NCBI GenBank assembly: GCA_003599755.1 | Contig: QZJO01000003.1 | Location: 1-60,811 of the forward strand | Source: Candidatus Parcubacteria bacterium | GTDB taxonomy: Bacteria > Patescibacteriota > Minisyncoccia > Sungbacterales > SURF-37 | Direction: 5' to 3' | DNA: 60,811 nt | Program-made: the position numbers and the translations under genes | The notes under the pieces: generated by a model | What the model was told of the DNA's origin: nothing | The model's database searches: none | Seen by the model: the letters and a program-made list of their open reading frames with translations, nothing else | Shown here: piece after piece, positions 36,290 to 46,344 of the stretch | How positions within the stretch are numbered: position 1 is the first letter of the stretch | How the letters are laid out: every line of letters starts with the position of its first letter

Positions 36290-36323
36290 ATCCGCTCCCT
36301 GATTCAGGGAGCGGATTTGTTTT
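36290..36323 (+). terminator. Intrinsic terminator after the pilin
   Basis: 12-bp stem ATCCGCTCCCTG/CAGGGAGCGGAT then TTGTTTT. Confidence 0.8.
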
Positions 36324-36357
36324 GCATCGCATACGCGGATTCTGCGACAATACAGCA

Positions 36358-37221
36358 ATGAACGCCGCAGAGTGGATGCCGATAGTTGCGGTTGCGGGGG
36401 CGATCGGGCTTGCATCGGGAAGTTTTTTAACCGTGGCGCTCGATCGCGTGGACTCCGGGGGCACGATTCTTCGCGGCCGATCGCGCTGCCCTTCCTGTAA
36501 AAAATCGCTCCGCTGGTACGAGCTTGTCCCGCTTGCGAGCTTCATGTGGCAGCGCGGCCGCTGCCGTTCCTGCGGAACCGCCATACCGCTTTGGTATCCG
36601 GCAATTGAGGCAACGCTCGGCCTGGCCCTGGTCGGCGTTCTCGTTGCCGGAGCGCTCGGGACGCTTTTGCCGCCGCCGTTTCGCGATCCGCTGCCGCTTT
36701 CACCCGCGCTAGAGCTGCCGGCATTTATTCCCGGGATTGCGGATCTTTTGTATTACGGATTCGTTGCCGTATGCGGTGCCGCGATCGCGTTTTATGATCT
36801 GCGTCGCTTGTTGATCCTGCCGCAACCGACCTGGGCGCTTGCGGCGCTCGGCGCGTTTGCGCATGCCATGCGGGCATACCAGGCAGGATCGGTCATAGCG
36901 ATCGTTCCTGCCGTGGCTGCCGCTGCCGCGATATTCGGGCTCTTTTGGCTGCTTTGGTTTTTGTCGCGGGGCCGCGGCATGGGGCGGGGTGACGCGGATG
37001 TTGCTTTCGCATTGGCGCTCGCGATCGGATTCCCGGGATCGATCGTCGCGATCATTCTCGCGTTTTGGTTCGGCGCGGCGTATGGTATACTGGCGTTAGC
37101 ATTCAGGCGAATCCGCTGGAAAAGCGAAGTGCCTTTCGCGCCCTTCTTGGTCCTTGGAGCATATGCCGCGATCACCATCGCCACGACGGCCGCGCTCTGG
37201 ACCGGCACCTATGGCTGGTAA
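36358..37221 (+). CDS. pilD: Prepilin peptidase
   Basis: RSRCPSC..RCRSC, YDLR, MGRGD, PFAPFL. Confidence 0.93.
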   Translation: MNAAEWMPIVAVAGAIGLASGSFLTVALDRVDSGGTILRGRSRCPSCKKSLRWYELVPLASFMWQRGRCRSCGTAIPLWYPAIEATLGLALVGVLVAGALGTLLPPPFRDPLPLSPALELPAFIPGIADLLYYGFVAVCGAAIAFYDLRRLLILPQPTWALAALGAFAHAMRAYQAGSVIAIVPAVAAAAAIFGLFWLLWFLSRGRGMGRGDADVAFALALAIGFPGSIVAIILAFWFGAAYGILALAFRRIRWKSEVPFAPFLVLGAYAAITIATTAALWTGTYGW

Positions 37222-37681
37222 ACCATCAGGCCGAACGCCAACGAAACGACCGCAATCCGATTCCGGATATCCGTATATGCCGGTGGCGTTGTTATTCGGC
37301 GCATCGGTTGCCGTGTTTTTGTTCAACCAGTACGAGCTCTTTGTTTCCGATATGGCGGCGTATGATCGGCGCGAGCCGGGCGCATATGCGACAAAACAGC
37401 AATATACGCGCGTCACGATCGACTTTGGAGACGGCACGCGGCGCGCCTTTTGGGGGCCGGTGCAAAACGGCATGACCGCGATGCTGGCGCTGCGCGCTTC
37501 GCAAGAAGCCGGCCAATTCAATATCGAGACCGATGACGCGGGCCGCATCACGAATATCGCCGGCATCCGCGCCCAAAACGGAAAGGCATGGCGCCTTTTT
37601 ATCAATGACGCGCCGGCTTCCGACGTCTCGGGCAATATCGAGATCCAACCAGGCGATCAGCTCGTATTTCGATACCAATAA
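37211..37681 (+). CDS. Membrane-anchored DUF4430-like protein
   Basis: TM then VTIDFG, ITNIAG, WRLFIND, IQPGDQLVFRY. Confidence 0.7.
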   Translation: MAGKPSGRTPTKRPQSDSGYPYMPVALLFGASVAVFLFNQYELFVSDMAAYDRREPGAYATKQQYTRVTIDFGDGTRRAFWGPVQNGMTAMLALRASQEAGQFNIETDDAGRITNIAGIRAQNGKAWRLFINDAPASDVSGNIEIQPGDQLVFRYQ

Positions 37682-37762
37682 CAATACGTAATATGCGGCG
37701 CGCGTGTCTGGGCACCGGCGTTTTCGGTGTATACTGATGCTGTGAAGACCGTATCGGCAGCC

Positions 37763-38383
37763 ATGGCGTATGGGTCTGGTGGCTTGGAATATCGCCGCGG
37801 CTTTTCGACGTTCGAATTGCTGGTGGCGATCGCTATCATTGTCGGCGTCTCAGTGGTTTTTCTGTTTCAATTCCCGGCCTACACGGGCGCAAATCGCGTG
37901 CAGAAAAATTCGCGCGCGCTGGCGTTGGCACTCCGCAAGGCGCAGAACATGGCGCTTGCCGTGCAGCCCGTCCGAACCTGCAATGACGAATTGAAAACGC
38001 CTCTGTACTTCGGCGTGTTCGTGGATCGTCGCACGAGCCCGCCAACCGCGTTGATATTTGCGGACTTCACGCCATCTGGCGCAGGGGACGGCCGGTATAT
38101 GGAGGAGGGTGACTGCCCCAGAGACCGGAATCGGGACGAGATCATCGAGCGCATTCCATTGGATGCGGGGACGATCATCCCGAATATCGCGTGCCCGACG
38201 ACCGGCCCGGGCGTGTGCGACGATATCGTGAATATTGCCTATGAGCCGCCCGAAGCCCGCGCCAAGATTTCAGATGAAGCAAGCGATGTCGGCCAAAGCG
38301 CCGAGATCACGTTCGGCGACGTGAAGACCACGCTGCAGCGAAGTATCGTCATCCGTGCCACGGGCCAATTATTCATACGCTGA
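37763..38383 (+). CDS. Minor pilin, FimT/GspH-like
   Basis: RG/FSTFELLVAIAII. Confidence 0.8.
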   Translation: MAYGSGGLEYRRGFSTFELLVAIAIIVGVSVVFLFQFPAYTGANRVQKNSRALALALRKAQNMALAVQPVRTCNDELKTPLYFGVFVDRRTSPPTALIFADFTPSGAGDGRYMEEGDCPRDRNRDEIIERIPLDAGTIIPNIACPTTGPGVCDDIVNIAYEPPEARAKISDEASDVGQSAEITFGDVKTTLQRSIVIRATGQLFIR

Positions 38384-38392
38384 CCGCCGCGC

Positions 38393-39004
38393 ATGCGCAC
38401 TATCAAAGGATTCACGCTCCTGGAGACGCTCGTTGCCCTCGCCATTGTCGTGGGCGGCGTACTCGGGCCATTCGCGCTTGCGAATCGCAGCTTGGCGGTC
38501 GCAAAGTTTTCCCGGAACGAACTCATCGCGGCAAATCTTGCGGCCGAAGGCATTGAATTGATCCACGGCTATCGGACCTCGAATCTCCTTTCCGGCCAGA
38601 TCCCTCCGATGTGGGATCAGGGGCTTGGCCAGGACGGTTCATCACGGGAGTACCAAGTAGACGTGATCTGCACGAGCTCGACCTGCCGGCCGGGATCGGG
38701 CAGAACGCCGAATTTTCAGCGCTGTGGTCCGGTCAATTGCGCGAATCCGCTCCTGTGGGATGCCGCCACCGGCCTCTATAGCTATGCGGGCGGCGTGCCC
38801 ACGCCGTTTGTCCGCGTCGTTACCATTGATCGTCGCGATCCGCCGAGCAATCGGCACTACGACGATGCGGCGTCCCCGGTAGAAGTTCCTCGGGAAGATC
38901 AGATGACCATCATCAGCCGCGTAACGTGGGTTGACGGCGGCAGAACGCGGCAGGTCGAGCTTGTGGAGGTGCTATATAACTGGGGCCAAGCACTCGTAGA
39001 ATGA
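38393..39004 (+). CDS. Minor pilin, PilV-like
   Basis: KG/FTLLETLVAL; NLAAEGIE. Confidence 0.85.
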   Translation: MRTIKGFTLLETLVALAIVVGGVLGPFALANRSLAVAKFSRNELIAANLAAEGIELIHGYRTSNLLSGQIPPMWDQGLGQDGSSREYQVDVICTSSTCRPGSGRTPNFQRCGPVNCANPLLWDAATGLYSYAGGVPTPFVRVVTIDRRDPPSNRHYDDAASPVEVPREDQMTIISRVTWVDGGRTRQVELVEVLYNWGQALVE

Positions 39005-39067
39005 GCACTCCTTTGTTGCGGTGCGGTTTTACCCCGCCCTTTGCTCCCCTTCGTTCATGGTAACGCT

Positions 39068-39640
39068 ATGCACGAGTGTATGAATATTTGTTCGCGCGGA
39101 CATATCAAAGATCAAAGAGCGGGGTTTACGCTTCTAGAAATGATCGTGGCGCTCGGCATTTTCAGCATCCTCGTGATCATCGCGTTCGGCGTGGCGTTCA
39201 GTTTGAGCCAGGCGCAGATCAAGGCGGCCAAAATCCAGGCCGTGCAAGGCGACCTTCGATTCTCGCTCGAAAATATAACCAAAGAGATGCGCACCGGTCG
39301 AAATTTCATTCCCGCAAACGCGATCAGCGGATTGTCCGGCGCGTTTCGCGAGATTACGTTCACGCGCCGCGACGGAAAGATCGTCCGCTATGCGCTCGGC
39401 GCCGATGCCATTCAAAAAACCGTGACCGATTCTTCGGGGACGCCGCTGACGGCCGGCGCGGTAACCGGCGAGGACGTAACGGTCGACGGCCTCGTGTTTT
39501 ACGTGACCGGCACGGGCACGGGCGACGGCCAGCCGCGCGTGACCGTTTCTATTCGGGCGCGCTCGCGCGAGCCGCAGCTCGTCTCGTCGCTCGAATTGCA
39601 AACGAGCGTTACCGCGCGCGGCCATGATCTCCAGCGCTGA
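39068..39640 (+). CDS. Minor pilin, PilW-like (start uncertain)
   Basis: AG/FTLLEMIVAL. Confidence 0.85.
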   Translation: MHECMNICSRGHIKDQRAGFTLLEMIVALGIFSILVIIAFGVAFSLSQAQIKAAKIQAVQGDLRFSLENITKEMRTGRNFIPANAISGLSGAFREITFTRRDGKIVRYALGADAIQKTVTDSSGTPLTAGAVTGEDVTVDGLVFYVTGTGTGDGQPRVTVSIRARSREPQLVSSLELQTSVTARGHDLQR

Positions 39641-40028
39641 TATCCCTATGCATCTTTCGCGAAACCGATCCGGCATGGCTCTTCCGCTCGTCGTCCTTTT
39701 GGTTGGGGCGTTTTTGGTGATCAGCATGAATGTATTCCAAAACGTGTATACCGAGCAGATTTTAGTCGGGACGCTGCGCGATTCGTTCATCGCGGTCTAT
39801 AGCGCCGACCAGGGCATGGAGCGGATTCTCTATCTGGATATTGCCCAGGGCGCTATTGTCACGCCGCCCGACTATACCGAGACGCGTGAGCTCTTCAACG
39901 GCGCGTGCTATACCATAACGGTGCGGCGCCCGGGCGCTTTCACCAGCGCCAACGCCAGCGCGACATATCCTTGTGACGCGGGCGAGCAGGCCGTTCGCCG
40001 CCGCATCGACGCCGTATATCAGAAATAA
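39624..40028 (+). CDS. PilX-like minor pilin
   Basis: SG/MALPLVVLL lacking E5; AVYSADQGME. Confidence 0.65.
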   Translation: MISSADIPMHLSRNRSGMALPLVVLLVGAFLVISMNVFQNVYTEQILVGTLRDSFIAVYSADQGMERILYLDIAQGAIVTPPDYTETRELFNGACYTITVRRPGAFTSANASATYPCDAGEQAVRRRIDAVYQK

Positions 40029-40039
40029 TCGCGTTTCGC

Positions 40040-41842
40040 ATGGAATTTTCGGAATTCGCCGCTGCGCTTGAACGGCTCGAAGCGACGAGCTCTCGGAACG
40101 AGCGTACGGCCCTGTTGGCGACCCTGTTAAAAAAGACCCGGCCCGAAGAGATCGCCGCGGCTTCGTATTTATTGCTTGGCGAGTTGGTGCCGGCGTATCG
40201 CGGCATTGAATTCAACATGGCCGAAAAGCTCATGATCAATGCGGTCGCCGCGGCGTTCGATGTGGAGCCCGCGGCCGTTGCCGCCCGCTTCCGCGCCAAG
40301 GGGGATCTGGGGGACGCGGCCGAGGAGCTCGCCGCGCGCCGCGGACCCGGGCATGCGAAACGCCATACCGTGGCCGACGTATATGCGGCATTGCTTAAAC
40401 TCGCCGAATACGGCGGCGCGGGCAGCCAGGAGCGCCGCGTGCGCGGCATGGGCGCCCTGATCGGCGGACTGGATCCGCGATCCGTAAAATTCGTGGCGCG
40501 CATCCCGCTTGGCAAGCTGCGCCTCGGGTTTTCGGACGCGACGCTCTTGGATGCGCTTTCTATCATGGCGGCAGGGGACAAATCGGCTCGCCCCGCGATT
40601 GAGGCCGCGTACAACGTAACCGCCGATATCGGCGCGATCGCCGAGCGGGTGCGCAGAGGCGGCCTTGCCGCGATCCGGCGCATCGGTCCCAAGCCCGGCA
40701 TTCCGATTCGCGCGTCGTTGGCCGAACGCCTGCGTTCGCTGGAAGACATCATCCTAAAAGTGGGTCCGATCGTGGGCGTAGAGCAGAAGCTGGACGGCAT
40801 CCGGACGCAGGTGCATGTATGGCGCGACCGGGGGACAAAGCGCGTTGAGCTTTTTTCCCGCAACTTGGAAAATATCACGGCGATGTTCCCCGAAATCGTA
40901 GCCGCCGCCGAGCGGCTGAATGTCCGCGACGCGATCCTCGACGGCGAGGCGATTGGCTACAATCCGCGCACGAACACTTTCGCGCCGTTCCAGGAAACCG
41001 TGCAACGCAAGCGCAAGCACGACGTCGCGGCGTTTTCAAAAAAAATACCTATTGCCGTTTTTGTATTCGATATCCTCTATCGGAACGGCGAATCCCTGCT
41101 CGCGCGGCCGTTCCGCGAGCGGCGGCGGGAGCTGGAGAAGCTCTTGCCGCGGCCAGTCGGCGCGATGCATTTGGCCGGCGCCGAAGAAACCGACGTGCTC
41201 GAACCGATCCAACGGGCGCTCGATGCCAGTATCGCGGCGGGCCTCGAAGGCCTGGTTGTCAAGAATATGGAAGCGCCCTACGAGGCGGGCAAGCGCGGGT
41301 TCCATTGGATCAAGATCAAGGGCGCATCGGCCCTTGCGTCGCTGCGCGGCGGGGCGGTAAAGGCGAGTACGCAGCTTTTGGACACCGTGGATACGGTCGT
41401 CATGGGCATATATCGGGGACGCGGCAAGCGCGCGAAATTCGGCGTGGGCGGGCTCTTGTTGGGCGTGCGCGGCGCGGATGACCGGTTCTACTCGATCTCG
41501 CGCCTCGGCACGGGATTGTCCGACGAACAGTTTCGCGAAGTGCACGAGCGCGCCGCGAAGCTCGGCGTGCGTGAACGACCGGCCGACTATGTCGTGGATG
41601 CGGGCGTCACGCCCGATATCTGGCTTCGTCCGTCGCTCGTGACCGAAATTCTCGCTGACGAGATCACGCGTTCGCCCAACCACACCGCGGGCCGGACCGC
41701 GGATGGGCGGGGCTATTCCCTGCGGTTTCCGCGTTTGGTACGCTTTCGGGATGATAAGGGACCGGCCGATGCCACGACCGTGACCGAAATCGCCGCCATG
41801 CATAAGCAGCAAAAAGTCGGTTCGCTGAAGCGCCGCCGCTAA
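40040..41842 (+). CDS. lig: ATP-dependent DNA ligase, archaeal/eukaryotic type
   Basis: EQKLDG, LDGE, FDIL, EGLVVK, LRFPRLVRFRDDK. Confidence 0.95.
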   Translation: MEFSEFAAALERLEATSSRNERTALLATLLKKTRPEEIAAASYLLLGELVPAYRGIEFNMAEKLMINAVAAAFDVEPAAVAARFRAKGDLGDAAEELAARRGPGHAKRHTVADVYAALLKLAEYGGAGSQERRVRGMGALIGGLDPRSVKFVARIPLGKLRLGFSDATLLDALSIMAAGDKSARPAIEAAYNVTADIGAIAERVRRGGLAAIRRIGPKPGIPIRASLAERLRSLEDIILKVGPIVGVEQKLDGIRTQVHVWRDRGTKRVELFSRNLENITAMFPEIVAAAERLNVRDAILDGEAIGYNPRTNTFAPFQETVQRKRKHDVAAFSKKIPIAVFVFDILYRNGESLLARPFRERRRELEKLLPRPVGAMHLAGAEETDVLEPIQRALDASIAAGLEGLVVKNMEAPYEAGKRGFHWIKIKGASALASLRGGAVKASTQLLDTVDTVVMGIYRGRGKRAKFGVGGLLLGVRGADDRFYSISRLGTGLSDEQFREVHERAAKLGVRERPADYVVDAGVTPDIWLRPSLVTEILADEITRSPNHTAGRTADGRGYSLRFPRLVRFRDDKGPADATTVTEIAAMHKQQKVGSLKRRR

Positions 41843-41853
41843 TCACTACCGTC

Positions 41854-42153
41854 ATGGCCATCACCAAAGCAGACGTGCATCATATTGCGCGCTTGGCGCG
41901 GATCGCCCTTTCGGCACGCGAGGAAACCGCGCTGGAACAGGAGCTTTCCGGGATTTTGGATTTTATCGCCGAACTGAATGCCGTGGACACCGCGGCGGCC
42001 GAACCGCTGACCGGCGGCACGGATTTAGTAAACAGTTGGCGCGACGATGCGCCGCCCGCGGAGCAGGCAGGCGACCCTGCCGCGCTCATTGCCGCAGCGC
42101 CCGAGCATCGCGATGGCTATATCGCGGTGCGCGCCGTGTTTGATCGCGCATGA
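41854..42153 (+). CDS. gatC: Amidotransferase subunit C
   Basis: HIARLARI, WRDD; coupled to gatA. Confidence 0.92.
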   Translation: MAITKADVHHIARLARIALSAREETALEQELSGILDFIAELNAVDTAAAEPLTGGTDLVNSWRDDAPPAEQAGDPAALIAAAPEHRDGYIAVRAVFDRA

Positions 42154-43604
42154 GTACGCAATCGTTTCCTACCGGGGTTCGCGATATTGTCGCCGGTTTT
42201 GCCGCGCGAACATTCAGCGCCGAAGAATATGCGCGATTCGTGCTCGGTGAGATTGAACGCCGCGATCCGGAACTCCATGCGTTTCTCGAAGTGTTCGACG
42301 ACGTGGTACAACAGGCGCGCGAAAAAGACGCCGAGCGCGCCGCAGGCAGTGCGGCGCCGCTTTTGGGCATTCCCGTCGCGACCAAGGATAACCTGTTGAT
42401 CCGCGGCCGCCGCGCCGGCGCGGGATCCAAAATTTTGGAAGGGTACGTCGCGGCATACGACGCGACGGCTATCGCGCGTCTCGGCCAAGCAGGTGCCGTA
42501 TTTTTGGGACGGACGAACATGGATGAATTCGCCATGGGTTCTTCGACGGAACACTCCGCGTTCGGCCCCACGAAAAATCCCCATGATCCCACGCGCGTGC
42601 CAGGCGGCTCGTCGGGCGGATCGGCCGCTGCGGTCGCGGCCGGCTTCGCACCCGCGGCGCTCGGGTCGGATACCGGTGGTTCCATCCGCCAGCCCGCCGC
42701 GTTTTCGGGCGTGGTCGGCTTCAAGCCGACATACGGGACGGTATCCCGCTCGGGCCTTGTGGTCATGGCCTCTTCGCTTGATCAGATCGGTCCGTTTGCC
42801 CGTTCGGTGGATGATGCGCGCTTGCTCTTCAACGTCATCGCGGGCCGCGATCCGCTTGATGCGACGAGTGCCGCCGCGCCGAGTGCGACCGCGGCGGCGA
42901 AAAAACCGCTGGTTATAGGCGTGCCCAAAGAATATTTCGGCGACGGCCTTGATCCGGCGGTCGCGCGATCGGTGCGCCAAGCTCTCGCGGCATGGGAACG
43001 CGCCGGCGCGCGCCTGGAAGAAATTTCGCTGCCGCACGCGCGGTTCGGCTTGGCGGCCTACTACATCATCATGCCGGCCGAGGTGTCGTCGAATCTCGCG
43101 CGCTTCGATGGCATTCGGTACGGTTATCGCGCGCCCGATGCGGAGAATCTTTTGTCCACGTATGAGCAAACCCGGGCGCAAGGATTCGGCGCCGAGCCGA
43201 AACGCCGCATCATGCTGGGAACATTTGCGCTTTCGCACGGCTATTATGACGCGTATTATGAAAAAGCGCAGCGTGTGCGCCGGCTTATTCGCGATGATTT
43301 TGCGGCCGCATTCCGGTCCGTCGACGTTATCGCGGGGCCGACCGCGCCGATGCCGGCGTTTCGCATCGGCGAGCGCACGAGCGATCCCCTGCAGATGTAT
43401 TTGGCCGACATCTACACCGTTGGCGTGAACCTCGCCGGTCTGCCCGCGATCTCGCTGCCGGCAGCTCCCGTTTCGGTAGACGGCGCGTCGCTGCCGGTCG
43501 GTTTGCAGCTCATCGGACAATGGGGTCGCGACCACGCGCTTCTCGATGCCGCGGCAGATGCCGAGGCGGCGATGCCTGACGGCAGGCGGGCGATCACGGC
43601 CTGA
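42150..43604 (+). CDS. gatA: Amidotransferase subunit A
   Basis: TNMDEFAMG, GGSSGGS, GSDTGGSIRQPA. Confidence 0.97.
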   Translation: MSTQSFPTGVRDIVAGFAARTFSAEEYARFVLGEIERRDPELHAFLEVFDDVVQQAREKDAERAAGSAAPLLGIPVATKDNLLIRGRRAGAGSKILEGYVAAYDATAIARLGQAGAVFLGRTNMDEFAMGSSTEHSAFGPTKNPHDPTRVPGGSSGGSAAAVAAGFAPAALGSDTGGSIRQPAAFSGVVGFKPTYGTVSRSGLVVMASSLDQIGPFARSVDDARLLFNVIAGRDPLDATSAAAPSATAAAKKPLVIGVPKEYFGDGLDPAVARSVRQALAAWERAGARLEEISLPHARFGLAAYYIIMPAEVSSNLARFDGIRYGYRAPDAENLLSTYEQTRAQGFGAEPKRRIMLGTFALSHGYYDAYYEKAQRVRRLIRDDFAAAFRSVDVIAGPTAPMPAFRIGERTSDPLQMYLADIYTVGVNLAGLPAISLPAAPVSVDGASLPVGLQLIGQWGRDHALLDAAADAEAAMPDGRRAITA

Positions 43605-43617
43605 TTTCCAAATTCAC

Positions 43618-44190
43618 ATGCTCACGCCCGAAGCAATCAACGATTTCTTTTCGTTTCTCTACACGGGCTGGATCGGCACGCTCGCGTTTTGGCTGCGCCT
43701 CATCGCCGGGATTCTTACCGCGGCCATGTTCGCGGCGGTCGTGGTAATCAGCATGAAGTTGAACATTATCAAGCGCATGGAGAATGAACGCTATCGCCGG
43801 TCGCTTGGTCTTGCTGACGGCCAAGCTATGCCGAGCGACGCGTCGGCTATAGCCGCTCCCGAACCGGTCTCAGCCCCGTGGCGGAACGTCGAGGAAAAAA
43901 TTCAGTCCATGAATCCGGCGGACTGGAACATGGCCGTGATTCAAGCCGACGCGGTATTCGACGGCGTACTCAAGGACATGCAATTGCCCGGTAGCACGTT
44001 TGCGGATCGGCTGCGGAATCTTGACACGGCCAAACTTGCGTCGCTCAACGATGTGTGGGAAGCGCATAAGCTTCGCAATCGCATCGCGCACGAGACCGAC
44101 CGCACATTGACGCACGATGAGGCGCGACGGGCGGTTGATTTATTTGCCAAGGGCCTTCGCGAGATGCAGTATCTGCCCGAGGAAGAGTAA
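43618..44190 (+). CDS. Single-TM hypothetical protein
   Basis: TM then W..AVIQAD..FD..L..G.TFADRL..WEAHKLRNRIAHE. Confidence 0.75.
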   Translation: MLTPEAINDFFSFLYTGWIGTLAFWLRLIAGILTAAMFAAVVVISMKLNIIKRMENERYRRSLGLADGQAMPSDASAIAAPEPVSAPWRNVEEKIQSMNPADWNMAVIQADAVFDGVLKDMQLPGSTFADRLRNLDTAKLASLNDVWEAHKLRNRIAHETDRTLTHDEARRAVDLFAKGLREMQYLPEEE

Positions 44191-44197
44191 TGAACGG

Positions 44198-44231
44198 AAA
44201 AACCGTCCCGATGGCCATCGGGACGGTTTTT
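44198..44231. terminator. Bidirectional terminator
   Basis: AAAAACCGTCCCGATG/CATCGGGACGGTTTTT. Confidence 0.85.
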
Positions 44232-44232
44232 A

Positions 44233-44907
44233 TTATGAACGCGCGGGGTTCGGTTCTTTTTTGGCGCGGGCGCCGACTTCGGGCGCGGGCGCGAGCGGGG
44301 GCGCGGCTTCGCTCCGCTTTTTGATGATGTCGTCGACGATACCGTATACCTTGGCTTCTTCCACGTCCATGTAGAAATTTCGGTCCGTATCGCGTTCGAT
44401 TTTTTCAATCGGCTGGCCGGTATGTTTGGCAAGAATCTCGTTGAGCCGCTGTTTGACCTTGAGGATGCGTTCGGCCTCGATCTTGATCTCCACCGCCTGC
44501 CCCTCGGCACCGCCCATGACTTGATGGATGAGGATTTCGGCGTTCGGCAGGGCATAGCGCTTGCCCGGCGCGCCCGATGCCAACAGCACCGCCGCGGCCG
44601 ACGCGGCCATGCCGACGCAGATCGTCGAAACGTCGGGCTTTACATATTGCATGGCATCATAGATCGCCAAGGCCGCGGTCACATGGCCGCCGGGGGAGTT
44701 GATGTAGAGCTTGATGTCGGATTTGGAATCCTGCGATTCCAAGAATAAGAGCTGGGCGATCACGAGATTCGCGGTCTGGTCCACGATCGGGCCGGACATG
44801 AACACCACGCGGTCTTTCAAAAGACGCGAGTAAATGTCGTATGCCCGCTCGCCGAAGCTCGATTTTTCGATGACGGTCGGGATGAGGATTTGGTTTTTGG
44901 GTTCCAT
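44233..44907 (-). CDS. clpP: Clp protease proteolytic subunit
   Basis: YINSPGG, GMAASAA, IHQ; start at ATG 44907. Confidence 0.97.
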   Translation of the reverse strand: MEPKNQILIPTVIEKSSFGERAYDIYSRLLKDRVVFMSGPIVDQTANLVIAQLLFLESQDSKSDIKLYINSPGGHVTAALAIYDAMQYVKPDVSTICVGMAASAAAVLLASGAPGKRYALPNAEILIHQVMGGAEGQAVEIKIEAERILKVKQRLNEILAKHTGQPIEKIERDTDRNFYMDVEEAKVYGIVDDIIKKRSEAAPPLAPAPEVGARAKKEPNPARS

Positions 44908-44926
44908 GGTGATATGCGAACGAATG

Positions 44927-46252
44927 TTATGCGGATGCGCGCGGGCCGAGCGATTCGAGAAACGCGAACACTTTTTCGTTCCGCGCGATACCGCGATGGT
45001 ACGCGACAAATGCCTCGCGGTCAATGGTTTTGAGATCGTCCTCGTTCATGCCTTCGTGCGCCACGGTGCGGTTCACGGCCGCGATAACGTCTTCTTCGGT
45101 CGGCTCGATATGTTCGCGGCGCGCGATCTCGCGGAGCACCAGCGCGAACAGCACCCGCCGGCGCGCGTCATCCCGCCAGTCGCGTTTGAGTTCGTCTATG
45201 CTTTTTTTGAGATGCGCGAGATACTGATCCAGCGGCACGCCCATGCGGTCGGCGGTGCGCCCGAGTTCGCCGAGCATTTTTTCCAGCTCTCGTTCGATGA
45301 GCGGCTCGGGAATATCGGCCTTCGTATCCTTGGCAATGGCTTCGGCCATCGCGATACGGAGTCGTTCCCGCTCTTTTTCCGTTTTTTCCGCGACCAGGCC
45401 TTCTCGAATGCTGTTGGTGACTTCGGCGGCGCCGGAAAACTTTCCGAGCGAGCGCGCGAATGTCTCGTCCCAGGCGGGCAGCTCGCGCTTCTGCACGAGA
45501 TTCATTCGCGTCGTGAATTCGAGGCGCTTACCCGCAATGCTCGACGACGGGAATTCCTGTGGAATCACGAGCGTAAATGACTTTTCATCGCCCGCACGCA
45601 ACCCGATAAGCTCGTCGTCGAATCCCGGCGGCATGCGGCTTTCGCCGAGGACCAGCGGATGATTTTTCGATTCGCCCGATTCGATGGCGACGCCGTCGGC
45701 TCGCGTCGAGAAATCGATTTCCACGCGATCGCCCTTGGCTGCCGGCCGGTCCACGGTTACCAGTTTTGCCCGTGATTCGCGGAGCCACTGCTGGGCCTGT
45801 TCGATTTCGGCGTCGGTTACCACGGGAATGTTCTGGGTCGCGAGTACTTTGGCCGCGATGGCGCGGTAATCCGGGAGCCGAATGGGCGGCAGATGCAGGA
45901 CAACGACGCGAAATTCCACGTCCTGGCCCGGCGCCAGGCGTGTAATCGTAGCCGCGGGCGCGTCGATGGGATCAAGCGACGTGCCGGGAAACTCCTGCGT
46001 CTCGATCTCTTTGAGCAGATCGGGCATATGCGCCTGCAGCCACCGGCCGGCGGCTTCCTCCAGGATTTTCGCTTCGCCCACGCGCGCGCGGATCACGGTG
46101 GCCGGCGCCTTGCCTTTGCGGAATCCCTCGATTTCCAATTCATTGCCGATGGCCGCGGCCGCGGCCGGCAGCAAGGGTTCGATCTCGGCATACGGCGCGG
46201 TGAGCACCGCGGTAAGCTCGGTCGGCTTTTTGTGTTCGATGGTGTAGCGCAT
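44927..46252 (-). CDS. tig: Trigger factor
   Basis: [24 protein letters not shown]. Confidence 0.95.
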   Translation of the reverse strand: MRYTIEHKKPTELTAVLTAPYAEIEPLLPAAAAAIGNELEIEGFRKGKAPATVIRARVGEAKILEEAAGRWLQAHMPDLLKEIETQEFPGTSLDPIDAPAATITRLAPGQDVEFRVVVLHLPPIRLPDYRAIAAKVLATQNIPVVTDAEIEQAQQWLRESRAKLVTVDRPAAKGDRVEIDFSTRADGVAIESGESKNHPLVLGESRMPPGFDDELIGLRAGDEKSFTLVIPQEFPSSSIAGKRLEFTTRMNLVQKRELPAWDETFARSLGKFSGAAEVTNSIREGLVAEKTEKERERLRIAMAEAIAKDTKADIPEPLIERELEKMLGELGRTADRMGVPLDQYLAHLKKSIDELKRDWRDDARRRVLFALVLREIARREHIEPTEEDVIAAVNRTVAHEGMNEDDLKTIDREAFVAYHRGIARNEKVFAFLESLGPRASA

Positions 46253-46344
46253 AAGAGGAGCGTGGCGCGCACCCGAAGCGCGCGCCTCTACAGAATGACG
46301 GTTGCCCGCAGAGGGTAATTACCGCATTCGGCCGCGAATGGACC

